Source of the DNA: Octopus vulgaris
Lineage: Eukaryota
Assembly: GCA_951406725.2 (NCBI GenBank)
Contig: OX597841.1
Location: forward strand, 8,618,001-8,682,000
Direction of reading: 5' to 3'
Length of the DNA: 64,000 nt
Part shown: positions 14,047 to 25,634 of the stretch, in pieces
How the letters are laid out: the number at the start of each line of letters is the position of its first letter
Position numbering within the stretch: position 1 is the first letter of the stretch
Notes under the pieces: generated by a model
Seen by the model: only the letters and a program-made list of their open reading frames with translations
Database searches by the model: none
Told to the model about the DNA's origin: nothing
Translations under genes and position numbers: made by a program

Positions 14047-14663
14047 ACATCAATAATCATTTACAAAACAATTCTAAATTGCTTATAATCATGTTCATCA
14101 TTTCCTTGATTGTCATCATTAACAAAGTAAATAACATCATCATTGTCATCATCATCTAACATCCCTGTTATTTTCTGGCATGGGCTGGACAGGAACCAAA
14201 GACTGCACTGTGCACAGATCCGTTCCATGAATCGATCTCACTATCTCGAGAGTGTGAGCCTGACGATCTCACCACTGAGCCATGCACTTCCACAGAACGG
14301 AAGGAGAAAGAAAGAGAAAATGAAAAGAAGGAACTACAAGAGATAGATGATAGTAACGAAGTGACTCCGTTGCCCCATGGGGTAAAATGCAAAGCATTCG
14401 ATACAGAGGCTGTAATTATGTGCCAAATAAAGTTTGCGTGAGATATGGCTGTTATTTCTAGCATGTATATAGCCTGGTTGAAAACCGTAGAATCGGGAGG
14501 TGAGGTTTATTTTTTTCTTTTGAATAAATGTCATTTTACAAACAATGACTTTTTTCAGAATCACTATCTCCAATCTTTTCTACGTATTTCACAAAAAAGT
14601 AGGAAGGGTGAGTTAAATCTGCGCCATACACGCCTATACATACACACATACATACATACATAC

Positions 14664-14794
<131 letters not shown>

Positions 14795-14811
14795 TTATAT
14801 ATATTTATATA

Positions 14812-14857
<46 letters not shown>

Positions 14858-15028
14858 TGGTAAAGTAAAAAAATTCACTTTACCACACACCGAACTTTTC
14901 AGAAATAGCAGCCAAAAACATGGCTATTTCCTCAACTGCAAATAAAAGTCTCCAGACAATGCATACTCAGAAAATAACTCACATAGGTATAAGGGAAAAA
15001 CAATGAAAGATCACATCCATATACGATA

Positions 15029-15090
15029 CCCGAGGACAGTCTGTTTCTGGATTTGTGGGTAAAACGCCACTTTTCCTTCATCAGCTCAGA
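15029..15090 (-). ncRNA. Type I hammerhead ribozyme, array copy 1
   Basis: Minus strand reads TCTGAG-CTGATGA-(A)GGA..GTGG/CCAC..TCC(A)-GAAAC-AGACT-GTC-CTCGGG. Stem I is GAG/CTC extended by G-U and C-G pairs; cleavage triplet GUC. Confidence 0.88.
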
Positions 15091-15590
15091 GATTTCTTCT
15101 GATTTAGATTTGAAAATACTAAGAATCAAACATACCCGTCCGATATCTGTAACATCGGACAAACCATGCCAGACACCCAGTACTAGCGAATCCAAAAATA
15201 CGAATGAGATCTATTATTCTCCCTGTCCACCCACGTGAGTCATAGAGCATTACATTTCTACAGAGGCAAACACTGTAGTTCAAATTCTTGGAGAGAAAAG
15301 CATTATATTGTCATCAAAAAAGGGGGTAGAATTAATTAATTGTTAATAAATTCGACCAAGCAGTATTCGGTATGTAAAGACCATTTACGGTGTATTTGAA
15401 GTATTAATTTATAAAAATATGGTAAAGTAAAAAAATTCACTTTACCACACACCGAACTTTTCAGAAATAGCAGCCAAAAACATGGCTATTTCCTCAACTG
15501 CAAATAAAAGTCTCCAGACAATGCATACTCAGAAAATAACTCACATAGGTATAAGGGAAAAACAATGAAAGATCACATCCATATACGATA

Positions 15591-15652
15591 CCCGAGGACA
15601 GTCTGTTTCTGGATTTGTGGGTAAAACGCCACTTTTCCTTCATCAGCTCAGA
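15591..15652 (-). ncRNA. Type I hammerhead ribozyme, array copy 2
   Basis: Identical to copy 1, offset +562. Confidence 0.88.
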
Positions 15653-16152
15653 GATTTCTTCTGATTTAGATTTGAAAATACTAAGAATCAAACATACCCG
15701 TCCGATATCTGTAACATCGGACAAACCATGCCAGACACCCAGTACTAGCGAATCCAAAAATACGAATGAGATCTATTATTCTCCCTGTCCACCCACGTGA
15801 GTCATAGAGCATTACATTTCTACAGAGGCAAAAACTGTAGTTCAAATTCTTGGAGAGAAAAGCATTATATTGTCATCAAAAAAGGGGGTAGAATTAATTA
15901 ATTGTTAATAAATTCGACCAAGCAGTATTCGGTATGTAAAGACCATTTACGGTGTATTTGAAGTATTAATTTATAAAAATATGGTAAAGTAAAAAAATTC
16001 ACTTTACCACACACCGAACTTTTCAGAAATAGCAGCCAAAAACATGGCTATTTCCTCAACTACAAATAAAAGTCTCCAGACAATGCATACTCAGAAAATA
16101 ACTCACATAGGTATAAGGGAAAAACAATGAAAGATCACATCCATATACGATA

Positions 16153-16214
16153 CCCGAGGACAGTCTGTTTCTGGATTTGTGGGTAAAACGCCACTTTTCC
16201 TTCATCAGCTCAGA
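16153..16214 (-). ncRNA. Type I hammerhead ribozyme, array copy 3
   Basis: Identical to copy 1, offset +1124. Confidence 0.88.
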
Positions 16215-16714
16215 GATTTCTTCTGATTTAGATTTGAAAATACTAAGAATCAAACATACCCGTCCGATATCTGTAACATCGGACAAACCATGCCAGACAC
16301 CCAGTACTAGCGAATCCAAAAATACGAATGAGATCTATTATTCTCCCTGTCCACCCACGTGAGTCATAGAGCATTACATTTCTACAGAGGCAAAAACTGT
16401 AGTTCAAATTCTTGGAGAGAAAAGCATTATATTGTCATCAAAAAAGGGGGTAGAATTAATTAATTGTTAATAAATTCGACCAAGCAGTATTCGGTATGTA
16501 AAGACCATTTACGGTGTATTTGAAGTATTAATTTATAAAAATATGGTAAAGTAAAAAAATTCACTTTACCACACACCGAACTTTTCAGAAATAGCAGCCA
16601 AAAACATGGCTATTTCCTCAACTGCAAATAAAAGTCTCCAGACAATGCATACTCAGAAAATAACTCACATAGGTATAAGGGAAAAACAATGAAAGATCAC
16701 ATCCATATACGATA

Positions 16715-16772
16715 CCCGAGGACAGTCTGTTTCTGGATTTGTGGGTAAAACGCCACTTTTCCTTCATCAGCT
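16715..16772 (-). ncRNA. Type I hammerhead ribozyme, array copy 4 (5' strand of stem I clipped by the inversion)
   Basis: Core is intact. Only AG of the 5' stem I strand remains before the inversion junction. Confidence 0.7.
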
Positions 16773-16850
16773 TTATTGTTTTTCCCTTATACCTATGTGA
16801 GTTATTTTCTGAGTATGCATTGTCTGGAGACTTTTATATATATATATATT

Positions 16851-16882
<32 letters not shown>

Positions 16883-17499
16883 CACACACACACTTATACA
16901 TTTATAGCCTTGATTGTCATCATCAACAGAGTAAATAACATCATCATCATTGTCGCCATCACCTAACATCCATGTTCCTTTCTGGCTTGGACTGGACAGG
17001 ATCCAAGGACTGCACTGCGCTCAAACGTCTGCTTTGGTCTCCTATTTCTGGTTAGATGCCTTTCCTAACATCAACCAACTCACAGCATGGGCTCGGTGCT
17101 TTTATCATACTACCCGACTATTGAAGTTGCCATCTCAATCTGCTTCAACCTCCACCCCTCCCGATTCTACGGGCTTCAAACAGGATATCTACATGCTACA
17201 AAAAGCAGCCAAATCTCACACAAACTATTTTTGGCTCATACGTACACAATCTGTATCGAATGCCTATGGGTTATTTCTACACAAATATGACCCTCGATTT
17301 TGCCTCCTTTTAACTGGAAGAAAGGTTCATATTTTTAGTAAAATTTTTGACATATTGTGTACATGCTGATTATATTGGAATTCTTTTAGAAAAAGTTTTA
17401 TCCTAGAGGTGGGGAGAATTTCAAAAAATTCCAATATCGGCATTTTTTGGACTAAGAAAGCTTTGATGAAATAATGAAAGAAATATGCAATCAATCTAC

Positions 17500-20400
17500 T
17501 AAGTCCTCTGAATGTCCTGAAAGAAGGACTGCGCTTTGTTGCGAAGGAGCTTCAACGCTATGATCTTGACATTGTTGCTTTATCTGAGACAAAAACTTTC
17601 TTTCTACCATGCTTTGAAGGGCATTATAAGAAATATCCCTCGGGCAGACAAAGTCATCGTACTGGGTGACTTTAATGCTAGAGTGGGTAGGGATCTTAAC
17701 ACATGGACTGTAATTGGAAAGCATGGGGTGGGGAAGTGTAATAGTAATGACATGCTTTTGCTGCACATGTGTGAAGAGCTGAGTCTGTGTGTTACCAATA
17801 CCATGTTTCAACCAAAGAATAAGCTTAGGAATAAAGAATGGCATATTCTGGATTACATCCTAGTTAGGGTGCGTGACAGACAGGATGTGCAGTGTGATCG
17901 TGTTCTTCGTGGAGCTGAGTGTTGGACTGACCACCGCCTAGTACGACGTGCAACAGTGAAATTAGTCACAAAACATAAAATCCGAGCTGCAGGGATGATC
18001 CTGCCTAAAAGACTGAATGTTGGTATAATAGTGTGAAGAGAACTTTACGAGAGGAAATGAATGCTGCAGATATTGGGGAAGATTGGCCGAACCTCAAAAA
18101 GTCAGTTTATGATATAGGCAGGAAATTTCTGGGATTGATACAAAGAAAGCATCAAGATTGTTTCAAAGAAAATGATGAACATATAGATGATTTATTGGAT
18201 GATGAAAGGCGTACATTGTCACGCTATTTGTCAGCAAAGTCACAGGAAAGGGAAGTGTTGCATAGGGAACTCAAGGACGTAAAATCACGTGTGAGGCAAA
18301 GGCTCTCTCAGATGAGGGATACGTGGTGGAGTAAGAAGGCTGACGAGATACAGGCGGCATGAGATTCCAATAACACAAAGTTGCTGTATGGTCTCTTGCG
18401 AGAAGTTTATGGACCGACGTCTTCCCTGATGACACCAATTCGAAGCAGGGATGGTGAAGAACTTCTTCATGATTCACAAGGAATTCTGCGAAGGTGGCAA
18501 GAACACTTTGATGAACTTTTGAATCAACAGTCTGTAGTTAGTGAGGATGTTCTCAATCTCATCCCTGGATTGCCTGTGAAGGCAGCACTCGCAGAACCAC
18601 GAAAGTTGGAAGACGTTGCAATGGCTGTCTCAAGGTTGAATAATGGGAAGTCTCCGGGTATGGATGGCATACATGCGGAGTTGTTACAGTATGGTGGTGA
18701 GAAACTTCTGCAGAAACTTCACTCTTTGTTTGGTAAGATATGGACAAGTGAATCTGTACGAGGACTGGAGAGATACAGTAATGGTGGAAGGGAAAGGGCA
18801 GCAAGAATGATTGTGGTAATTATAGGAGAGTATCATTGCTGTCTGTTGTAGGAAAGGTTTTATGCATGGTACTTCTGGATCGTCTGCTGAAATCCGTTGC
18901 AGACTGTGTTCTTCAAGAAAGTCAATCTGGCTTTCGTGTGGCATGTGGCACTGCTGATATAATCTTTTCAGCTAGACAGCTTCAGGAGAAGTGTGGAACA
19001 GGGTCTGGATTTGTATCAGGTTTTTGTAGATCTGACAAAAGCCTTTGATACCGTCAATAGAAAAGCATTGTGGAAAGTCCTCCAGAAACGTGGGTGTCCT
19101 GAAAAGTTCCTTGCTTTGGTTAGGTCTTTTCATGAAGACATGAATGGTAGGGTGAATGTTAGAGGGAAAATGTCGGAGCCCATTGCAATACAAAATGGAA
19201 ATAGGGGGATATCCTGGCACCGACCCTATTTGCCATATATCTTGCGATGGCGTTCTGTATTGCATTCAGAAACTGCAGATACGGTGTTTACATCCATTAT
19301 CGAACCTCTGGCAGCATATTTAATATCAGGCACTTTGCTGCGAAAACAAATGCATTTACCTCTATCATGAGAGACCTTTTGTATGCAGATGATTGTGATC
19401 TAGTAGCACACACAGAGATTGGTATGCAACACATTTTTAATGCATTCTCTGATGCTTGCACTGCCTTAGGATTGACAGTGAATCTCAAGAAAACTGTTGT
19501 CATGCATCAATCTGCCCCTGGTAAGCAGTATAGTGTACCAAATATCTATGTGTATCTTAAACGACTTGATGTAGTTGATCAGTTTGTCTACCTGGGAAGC
19601 ACTATTAATAGATATAGCAATTTGGATGATGAAATTCCACATAGAATTAGGAAAGCAAGTGTTGCTTTCGGAAGGGTAGAAAAGCGCCTCTGGAGTCGGC
19701 GAGACATATACAGAAAGACAAAGATAAAGGTGTACAAGGCATGTGTGCTCCCTTCTCTTCTCTATGCCTGCGAGACGTGAGTCACATATCGATACCACTT
19801 TAAACAACTGGAACGTTTCCATCAGATGTGTCTTAGACGGATCTATGGCATTAGGTGGAAGGACCGCATCAGTGATCTTGAAATATTGGAAGGCTCTCGG
19901 TGTGAAAGTGTAGAAGAGCTCTTGTGTTAAAGCGAAGTCTTAGATGGAGTGGTCATCTGGTCAGGATGAAGGATTCAAGGATGCCAAAACAACTCTTTCA
20001 TGGAGAGTTAGCTAAAGGAGAACAACCTCCACATAAACCAAAAGAGAGGTATAAGGACTTGCTGAAGGCTTCCTTAAAAGATGCTTGCATCTCTCCTGAC
20101 ACATGGGAAGGCATAGTTATTGATCGTAGCTGGGGGAGAAGGATTGTGTACGAGGGGACAGCCACTTTTGAGAAATCTCGAGTGGCACATAAGAAAGTAA
20201 GGAGGGATGTCAGGAAGCGCATCGCTGATACACTTCCAGATGGGAAGGGTCTTCCTATGATGCTGACATGCAGTGTCTGTGCAAGACCCTGCCTCAGAAA
20301 AGCTGGACTCAAGAGTCATCTTCGTAGTCATAAAGCGAGAAAGATGAGTGACAACCTGGCCACTGGTGGTGGTGTAACACACCATACAAATAATATCTGC

Positions 20401-20575
20401 CGGGCATGCAAAAGAGAGTGTAATTCGGCAGGAGGACTTAAAAAACATGCACAGGTACATGAAGCCCAGTTACAACTACAGCCGGCTATTACCGGTAAAG
20501 GTTTTAGTTGCCAATTCTGTACAAGACTGGGCTAAAAAGTCACATTCGATCACACCGCCAGTAACAGTTAAGCTT
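17500..20575 (+). mobile_element. RTE-clade LINE copy 2, 5'-deleted, pseudogenised, with C-terminal C2H2 fingers
   Basis: Colinear with 6234-9372; YADDCDL; fingers CSVC..HLRSH, CRAC..HAQVH and a broken CQFC. Confidence 0.93.
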
Positions 20576-20815
20576 GAAATATGTTACAAAAGGAAAATAC
20601 AAAATACACGTGAAAATTTAAGGGGAGAATAAAAAAAAATCAACGAAAATGCACATTGTAAATAAAAAAAGAAAAAGCTTTTTATGAAAGGTAACGACAG
20701 ATATATACTTTTAGATGGGATGAGGTAGTAATAAGAGTCATTATTACGAGATGATTAAAAAGTCAGAAAGCAAAGCATACCATGGTTTCGTCATAAGCTA
20801 TTCGTTCCCCCGCCC

Positions 20816-21090
<275 letters not shown>

Positions 21091-21311
21091 TGCAGTCAGA
21101 TCTAGTCAAGTAATTTGCCTCATTTGTTTGTTAAATCTAGTTGGAACCGATAGATAAGAGAAAATCATTTGGTCATTATATTTGGTTGACTGTAGTTGTT
21201 GATTTTTTCGTAGAAGCTATTGGCTTGAAGCAGGGTTAGGTGTTTATGTAGTTTTCTGATGGTAGTAGGGACAAACAGAGGCACACAATCGTACACATAT
21301 ATACACTTCTG

Positions 21312-21450
21312 TACGACGGGCTTTTTTCAGTTTCCGATACGAAATCGAATCATAAGGATTTAGTCGACCCGGGACGATAGAAGAAAACACTTGTCTAAGC
21401 TGCCACGCGGTGGGACTGCACCAGGAACCGTGTGGTTGGTAAGCAGGCAA
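21312..21450 (-). mobile_element. OR-like SINE, decayed
   Basis: TACGACGGGCTTTTTTCAGTTTCCG...GTGGGACTGCACCAGGAACC; same family as 13841. Confidence 0.7.
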
Positions 21451-21470
21451 CCCCCCACTGAGATATATTT

Positions 21471-21506
<36 letters not shown>

Positions 21507-21508
21507 TG

Positions 21509-21716
21509 ATAGGCGTAGGAATGGCTGTGTGATAAGTAGCTTCCCTACGAAACGCAGTGTTCTTTGTTCAGTCCCACTGCATGGTATCTTGGGCTAGTGT
21601 CTTCTACTATAGACTCGTGCCACCAAACCTTGTGAGTGGAATTGATAGGCGGAGCATACACACACACACACACACTCACACAAACATATATATACATATA
21701 TGTGTGTGGGGGGGGC

Positions 21717-21769
<53 letters not shown>

Positions 21770-21949
21770 GTTTGTATGTCTGTTTATCCCTCCAACACCG
21801 CTTGACAACCGGTGCTGGTGTGTTCATGTCCCCGTAACTTAGCGTTTCGTCATAAGAGAAAATAGATTAATTACTAGGCCTACAAAAAATAAGTATTGGG
21901 TTCGAATTTCGCGAATAAAGGCGCTGCTGCGGCATGGAATATATATATG

Positions 21950-21999
<50 letters not shown>

Positions 22000-22190
22000 T
22001 AATGTCTGTTTATTTCTCGAACATCGTTGGACAACGGGTGCTGGTGTGTACAATTCCCCGAACTTAGCGGTTCGGGAAAAGGGACCGATAGTTTAAATAC
22101 TAGGCCTACAAAGTATAAGTCCTGGGGTCGATTTGCACGAATAAAGGCATTGCTCCACCATGGCCGCAGTCAAATAATTGAAAAATTAAG
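21509..22190 (+). mobile_element. OR-like SINE with microsatellite interior and duplicated 3' part ending in a CR1-like tail
   Basis: Head AGGCGTAGGAATGGCTGTGTGATAAG...GTTCAGTCCCACTGC; two copies of the ACAACCGGTGCTGGTGTG...GCTCC.CATGG tail. Confidence 0.65.
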
Positions 22191-22577
22191 TGTGTAAAAT
22201 AGAAAATAACCAGAAAAGTTTATATCCTCTTAACTACATCAGTAAGGGAGATAACTGAAAATCAACTTTTAGAGTTACTTCCCTTGAAGTATTGATAAAA
22301 GGCATGACAGTTTAAGATGTAAGCGCGTTTGTTTTTGATGCGAAGGTCACACTTGCATTCGCGCAGGAAGATACAAACATACGCATGCAAATTTTCTGCT
22401 GTTCACTTTAACAAATAAACATTATAATTTACATTTAATTACACCCGAGAACTATGTAAAGTACTCACCATATCTAGTACTACCCTTTGGACATGATCGG
22501 GTTTTCTTTTGTTTTAGATAGTATATATGCGTATGTGGGTATATACACGTGTATATGTATGAATGTATGTATTTCTG

Positions 22578-22632
<55 letters not shown>

Positions 22633-22687
22633 TTATATATATATTCATAAATTTATAATTTTATATATATATATGTAGGTATATACC

Positions 22688-22728
<41 letters not shown>

Positions 22729-24802
22729 TCAAAAATGGAAGATAAAATTCCTGGAGGACTGGATCGATGCCCATCCAAACCACATCCCTTTCTTCGTCCT
22801 CACTGAAGCCCATCTTAGTGACCTCCACTTGGAAGCCGAGGTGAAAGTTAAAAATTTCAAAGCCATTCGTGCTGATCGTGCTGGCAGAAGAAAGGGTGGG
22901 ACTGCCATTTATGTTCATGATTCATTCTCAACAGAAGCTATGAACATATTTTCCAATGGATACTGCGAAGCAGTCGCTATATTCAGTCAAACCAACAACT
23001 TAACAGTAGTTGGGCTCTACAGACCACCCCAAACGCCCCTACCATGCTTCAAGGAATGCCTCAACAACATAAAGTGTTTCATTCAGCAGTGTCAACCTGA
23101 CAACCTTTTAATGACGGGAGACTTCAACCTTCCCGGGGTTGACTGGTCTACAAACAGTCTGCCGCCAGGTTCTTCTCTCTCAACCCCTGACAGGGAGGCA
23201 GTGGAATCGCTTCTTGACTTCATGGATGATTTCTTCCTGTCCCAACTGGTGCTCGAACCAACGAGATGTCACAAAAACGTCTTAGACTTAATTTTCAGCA
23301 ATCACACTGATACTATCCACAATATTGCAGTGGGGAAAACTCTACTCTCCGACCATGACATGGTTCTCTGTGATCTGAGATTTCACCGGCCAAAATGCAA
23401 AACAAATGTCATCCCTCCTGTTCATCCATTTGACACTATGGATTTCCACAATGCAAACTGGGAAGCGATCAATAATGATCTTGCACAAGTCGATTGGTCC
23501 TTCACGCACACATACACACCCACTAACATCAAAAAGTCCTGGCAGTCATTTGTAGACACCATTACGAACATATGTGCAAACCACACCCCATTAAGATCTG
23601 CAAACAAATCTAAGTGTCGAATCCCTAGAAATAGAAAATCTCTCATCAGGAAAATTAAAAGAATTAACAAAAAAAATCAACGAGCTGAAATACTGTCAAC
23701 AGCAACACACCAACCTGACTGCCATCTCGTCGCTAGAGATTAAAAAACATAAACTCCAAAACAACATGATGTCTATCATCAATAGTCAGAGAAGAGCTGA
23801 AGAGGCCTGGGCCATTGAGAAGATCAAACTCAATCACAAAGTGTTCTTTTCATTTGCAAAAATACACAGAGTCACTGGTTCTACTGTTGGCCTTCTGATT
23901 GATGAAAATGGTACTCTTCAAGACAATGCCAAAACCATGGGAGAGATATTGCAGAAACAATACTCCTCTGTTTTCAGCAACCCTGATATGACTGATCTGG
24001 GCTGTATCAGTGATGTTACTCCCCAATACACTTTATCGGACATAACCTTTGGCGCTCCTGATGTCTTAGCAGCAATAAAGGAAATGAAGCATAATTCAGC
24101 AGTAGGTCCCGATAGGTTCCCTGCTTGTGTCTTGAAGATGTGTCAACACCAACTTGCACCCACTCGAGCCAATCTGTGGTGGAACTCACTGGATGCTGGA
24201 TATATACCAGAAGACCTATCCCAGTTTGTATTCCCAGTTTTCAAAAAAGGAAATAAATCGCTTGCCGTGAATTACCGTCCAATCTCACTCACCTCTCATA
24301 TCATTATGGTATTTGAGAGAGTGCTGAGATCGCGTATGACTCACTTCCTTGAGAGTCATGATACGCTGAACTCCAACCAGCATGGATTCCGTAATGGAAG
24401 GGATTGCCTGACGCAGCTACTGCATCATTTTGATGACATTTTGAGAGCCTTGGGAGAGGGTTCCAACACTGATGTCATCTACCTTGATTTCAGCAAGGCC
24501 TTTGACAGGTTTGATCATAAGATCCTTTTGAGAAAGCTGTCCAATATTGGTGTCACTAGAAAGCTGCTACAGTGGATCAAGTGCTTCCTGTCTAACAGAA
24601 CCCAACATGTTGTAGTCGAAGGAGTCAAATCCAGCCCAGCCAAAGTCAGCAGTGGTGTCCCACAAGGCACTGTGTTGGGCCCACTTCTCTTCATCATCTA
24701 CATAAATGATATTACTGACACCATCAAACACAGTAACATCAGAACCTTCGCTGATGATTCCAAGCTCCAGAAGGTCATCAATGGCGTGGATGACCGAATA
24801 AG
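22729..24802 (+). mobile_element. CR1-like LINE ORF2 (APE + RT through FADD), truncated at both ends
   Basis: GLYRPP, MTGDFNLP, LDLIF, LSDH; frameshift in the A-run near 23670; NYRPISLTS, NQHGFR, YLDFSKAFD, GVPQGTVLGP, FADDSK. Confidence 0.92.
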
Positions 24803-25634
24803 CCGAATAAGCAATCCTAATTCGGATAAGGATACACTCTGGCTGATTATCCCATATGCAATGCAGATCAAAACGGACATAGTTAGAGCTTTGCATAATG
24901 TAATATTTAGGCATTTTGTTAAGGATATGAATAAATTTAGTCATTTAATTAATAATGGTACTGTTAGAGTAGGATATAGCATTACTCATAATATAGCCAC
25001 CATTATCTCCTCTTTTAATAACAGGAAACTGGATTACTTCTATAAAGATAGAAAGTTGAATTTAGATAATAGAAATTTGCCCCCCTTTAATAATAGGAAC
25101 AGTAACACTTCTGGAACCAACGGGAACAACCCTCTTAACAATTGTAATCCTTCTAATGTGAATGGTGGTACAGGATTGGGGACCAATCTTAGATTACCCC
25201 AATCTGTCAATAACTGCAATTGCAGAAGTAGAAATAAATGTGTGTTTGATAATCAATGCCTCAGGAAGGAGGTAGTTTATCAATGCACTGTGGTTACACA
25301 ATTTAGTAGTAGGGTGTACATCGGAGCAACCATGAATAGTATGAAACAGAGACTTAATTATCACAGATATACTTTTAGAAATATAAATAGGATGTACTCC
25401 ACGGGGTTAAGTGCATACATTTGGGAACTAAAAAGTAAGAACTTAGATTTTAGATTAAATTGGAAAATATTAACTTCGGCACCTGTGTATAATGGAAAAA
25501 ATAAAAAATGCTCTCTATGTATTAATGAAATTTTTTTCATTATTAAAGCGGGCAGGCATATTATTAACAACATAAATGAAAAAAACTTTTTTTGCATTCA
25601 TAGACTACCGTTCACCTTTTCTAGATTCAAATAG
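23766..25634 (+). CDS. Chimeric 622-aa ORF: CR1-type RT (N-terminal part) in frame with a Penelope-type linker and GIY-YIG endonuclease
   Basis: Continuous ORF in the track. RT motifs end near 24800; the C-terminal part has CNCx5C, VVY..VYIG, RLNYH and CSLC..E..CIHR. Confidence 0.75.
   Translation: MMSIINSQRRAEEAWAIEKIKLNHKVFFSFAKIHRVTGSTVGLLIDENGTLQDNAKTMGEILQKQYSSVFSNPDMTDLGCISDVTPQYTLSDITFGAPDVLAAIKEMKHNSAVGPDRFPACVLKMCQHQLAPTRANLWWNSLDAGYIPEDLSQFVFPVFKKGNKSLAVNYRPISLTSHIIMVFERVLRSRMTHFLESHDTLNSNQHGFRNGRDCLTQLLHHFDDILRALGEGSNTDVIYLDFSKAFDRFDHKILLRKLSNIGVTRKLLQWIKCFLSNRTQHVVVEGVKSSPAKVSSGVPQGTVLGPLLFIIYINDITDTIKHSNIRTFADDSKLQKVINGVDDRISRISNPNSDKDTLWLIIPYAMQIKTDIVRALHNVIFRHFVKDMNKFSHLINNGTVRVGYSITHNIATIISSFNNRKLDYFYKDRKLNLDNRNLPPFNNRNSNTSGTNGNNPLNNCNPSNVNGGTGLGTNLRLPQSVNNCNCRSRNKCVFDNQCLRKEVVYQCTVVTQFSSRVYIGATMNSMKQRLNYHRYTFRNINRMYSTGLSAYIWELKSKNLDFRLNWKILTSAPVYNGKNKKCSLCINEIFFIIKAGRHIINNINEKNFFCIHRLPFTFSRFK

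Larger units (their letters stand above)
14851..16837 (-). mobile_element. Non-autonomous Penelope-like/retrozyme-like array: ~3.4 tandem 562-bp units, each with a hammerhead, plus a terminal inverted segment, inserted in (TA)n
   Basis: The period is 562 bp (identical ORFs at 14932, 15494, 16056) and units are almost identical. 16773-16837 is the reverse complement of an internal part of the unit. (TA)n lies on both sides. Confidence 0.85.

Noticed and set aside
14932-15238. 87-aa and 61-aa ORFs repeated in the 562-bp units
   Set aside because: No recognisable motif; repetition follows from the tandem array, and they overlap the ribozyme.
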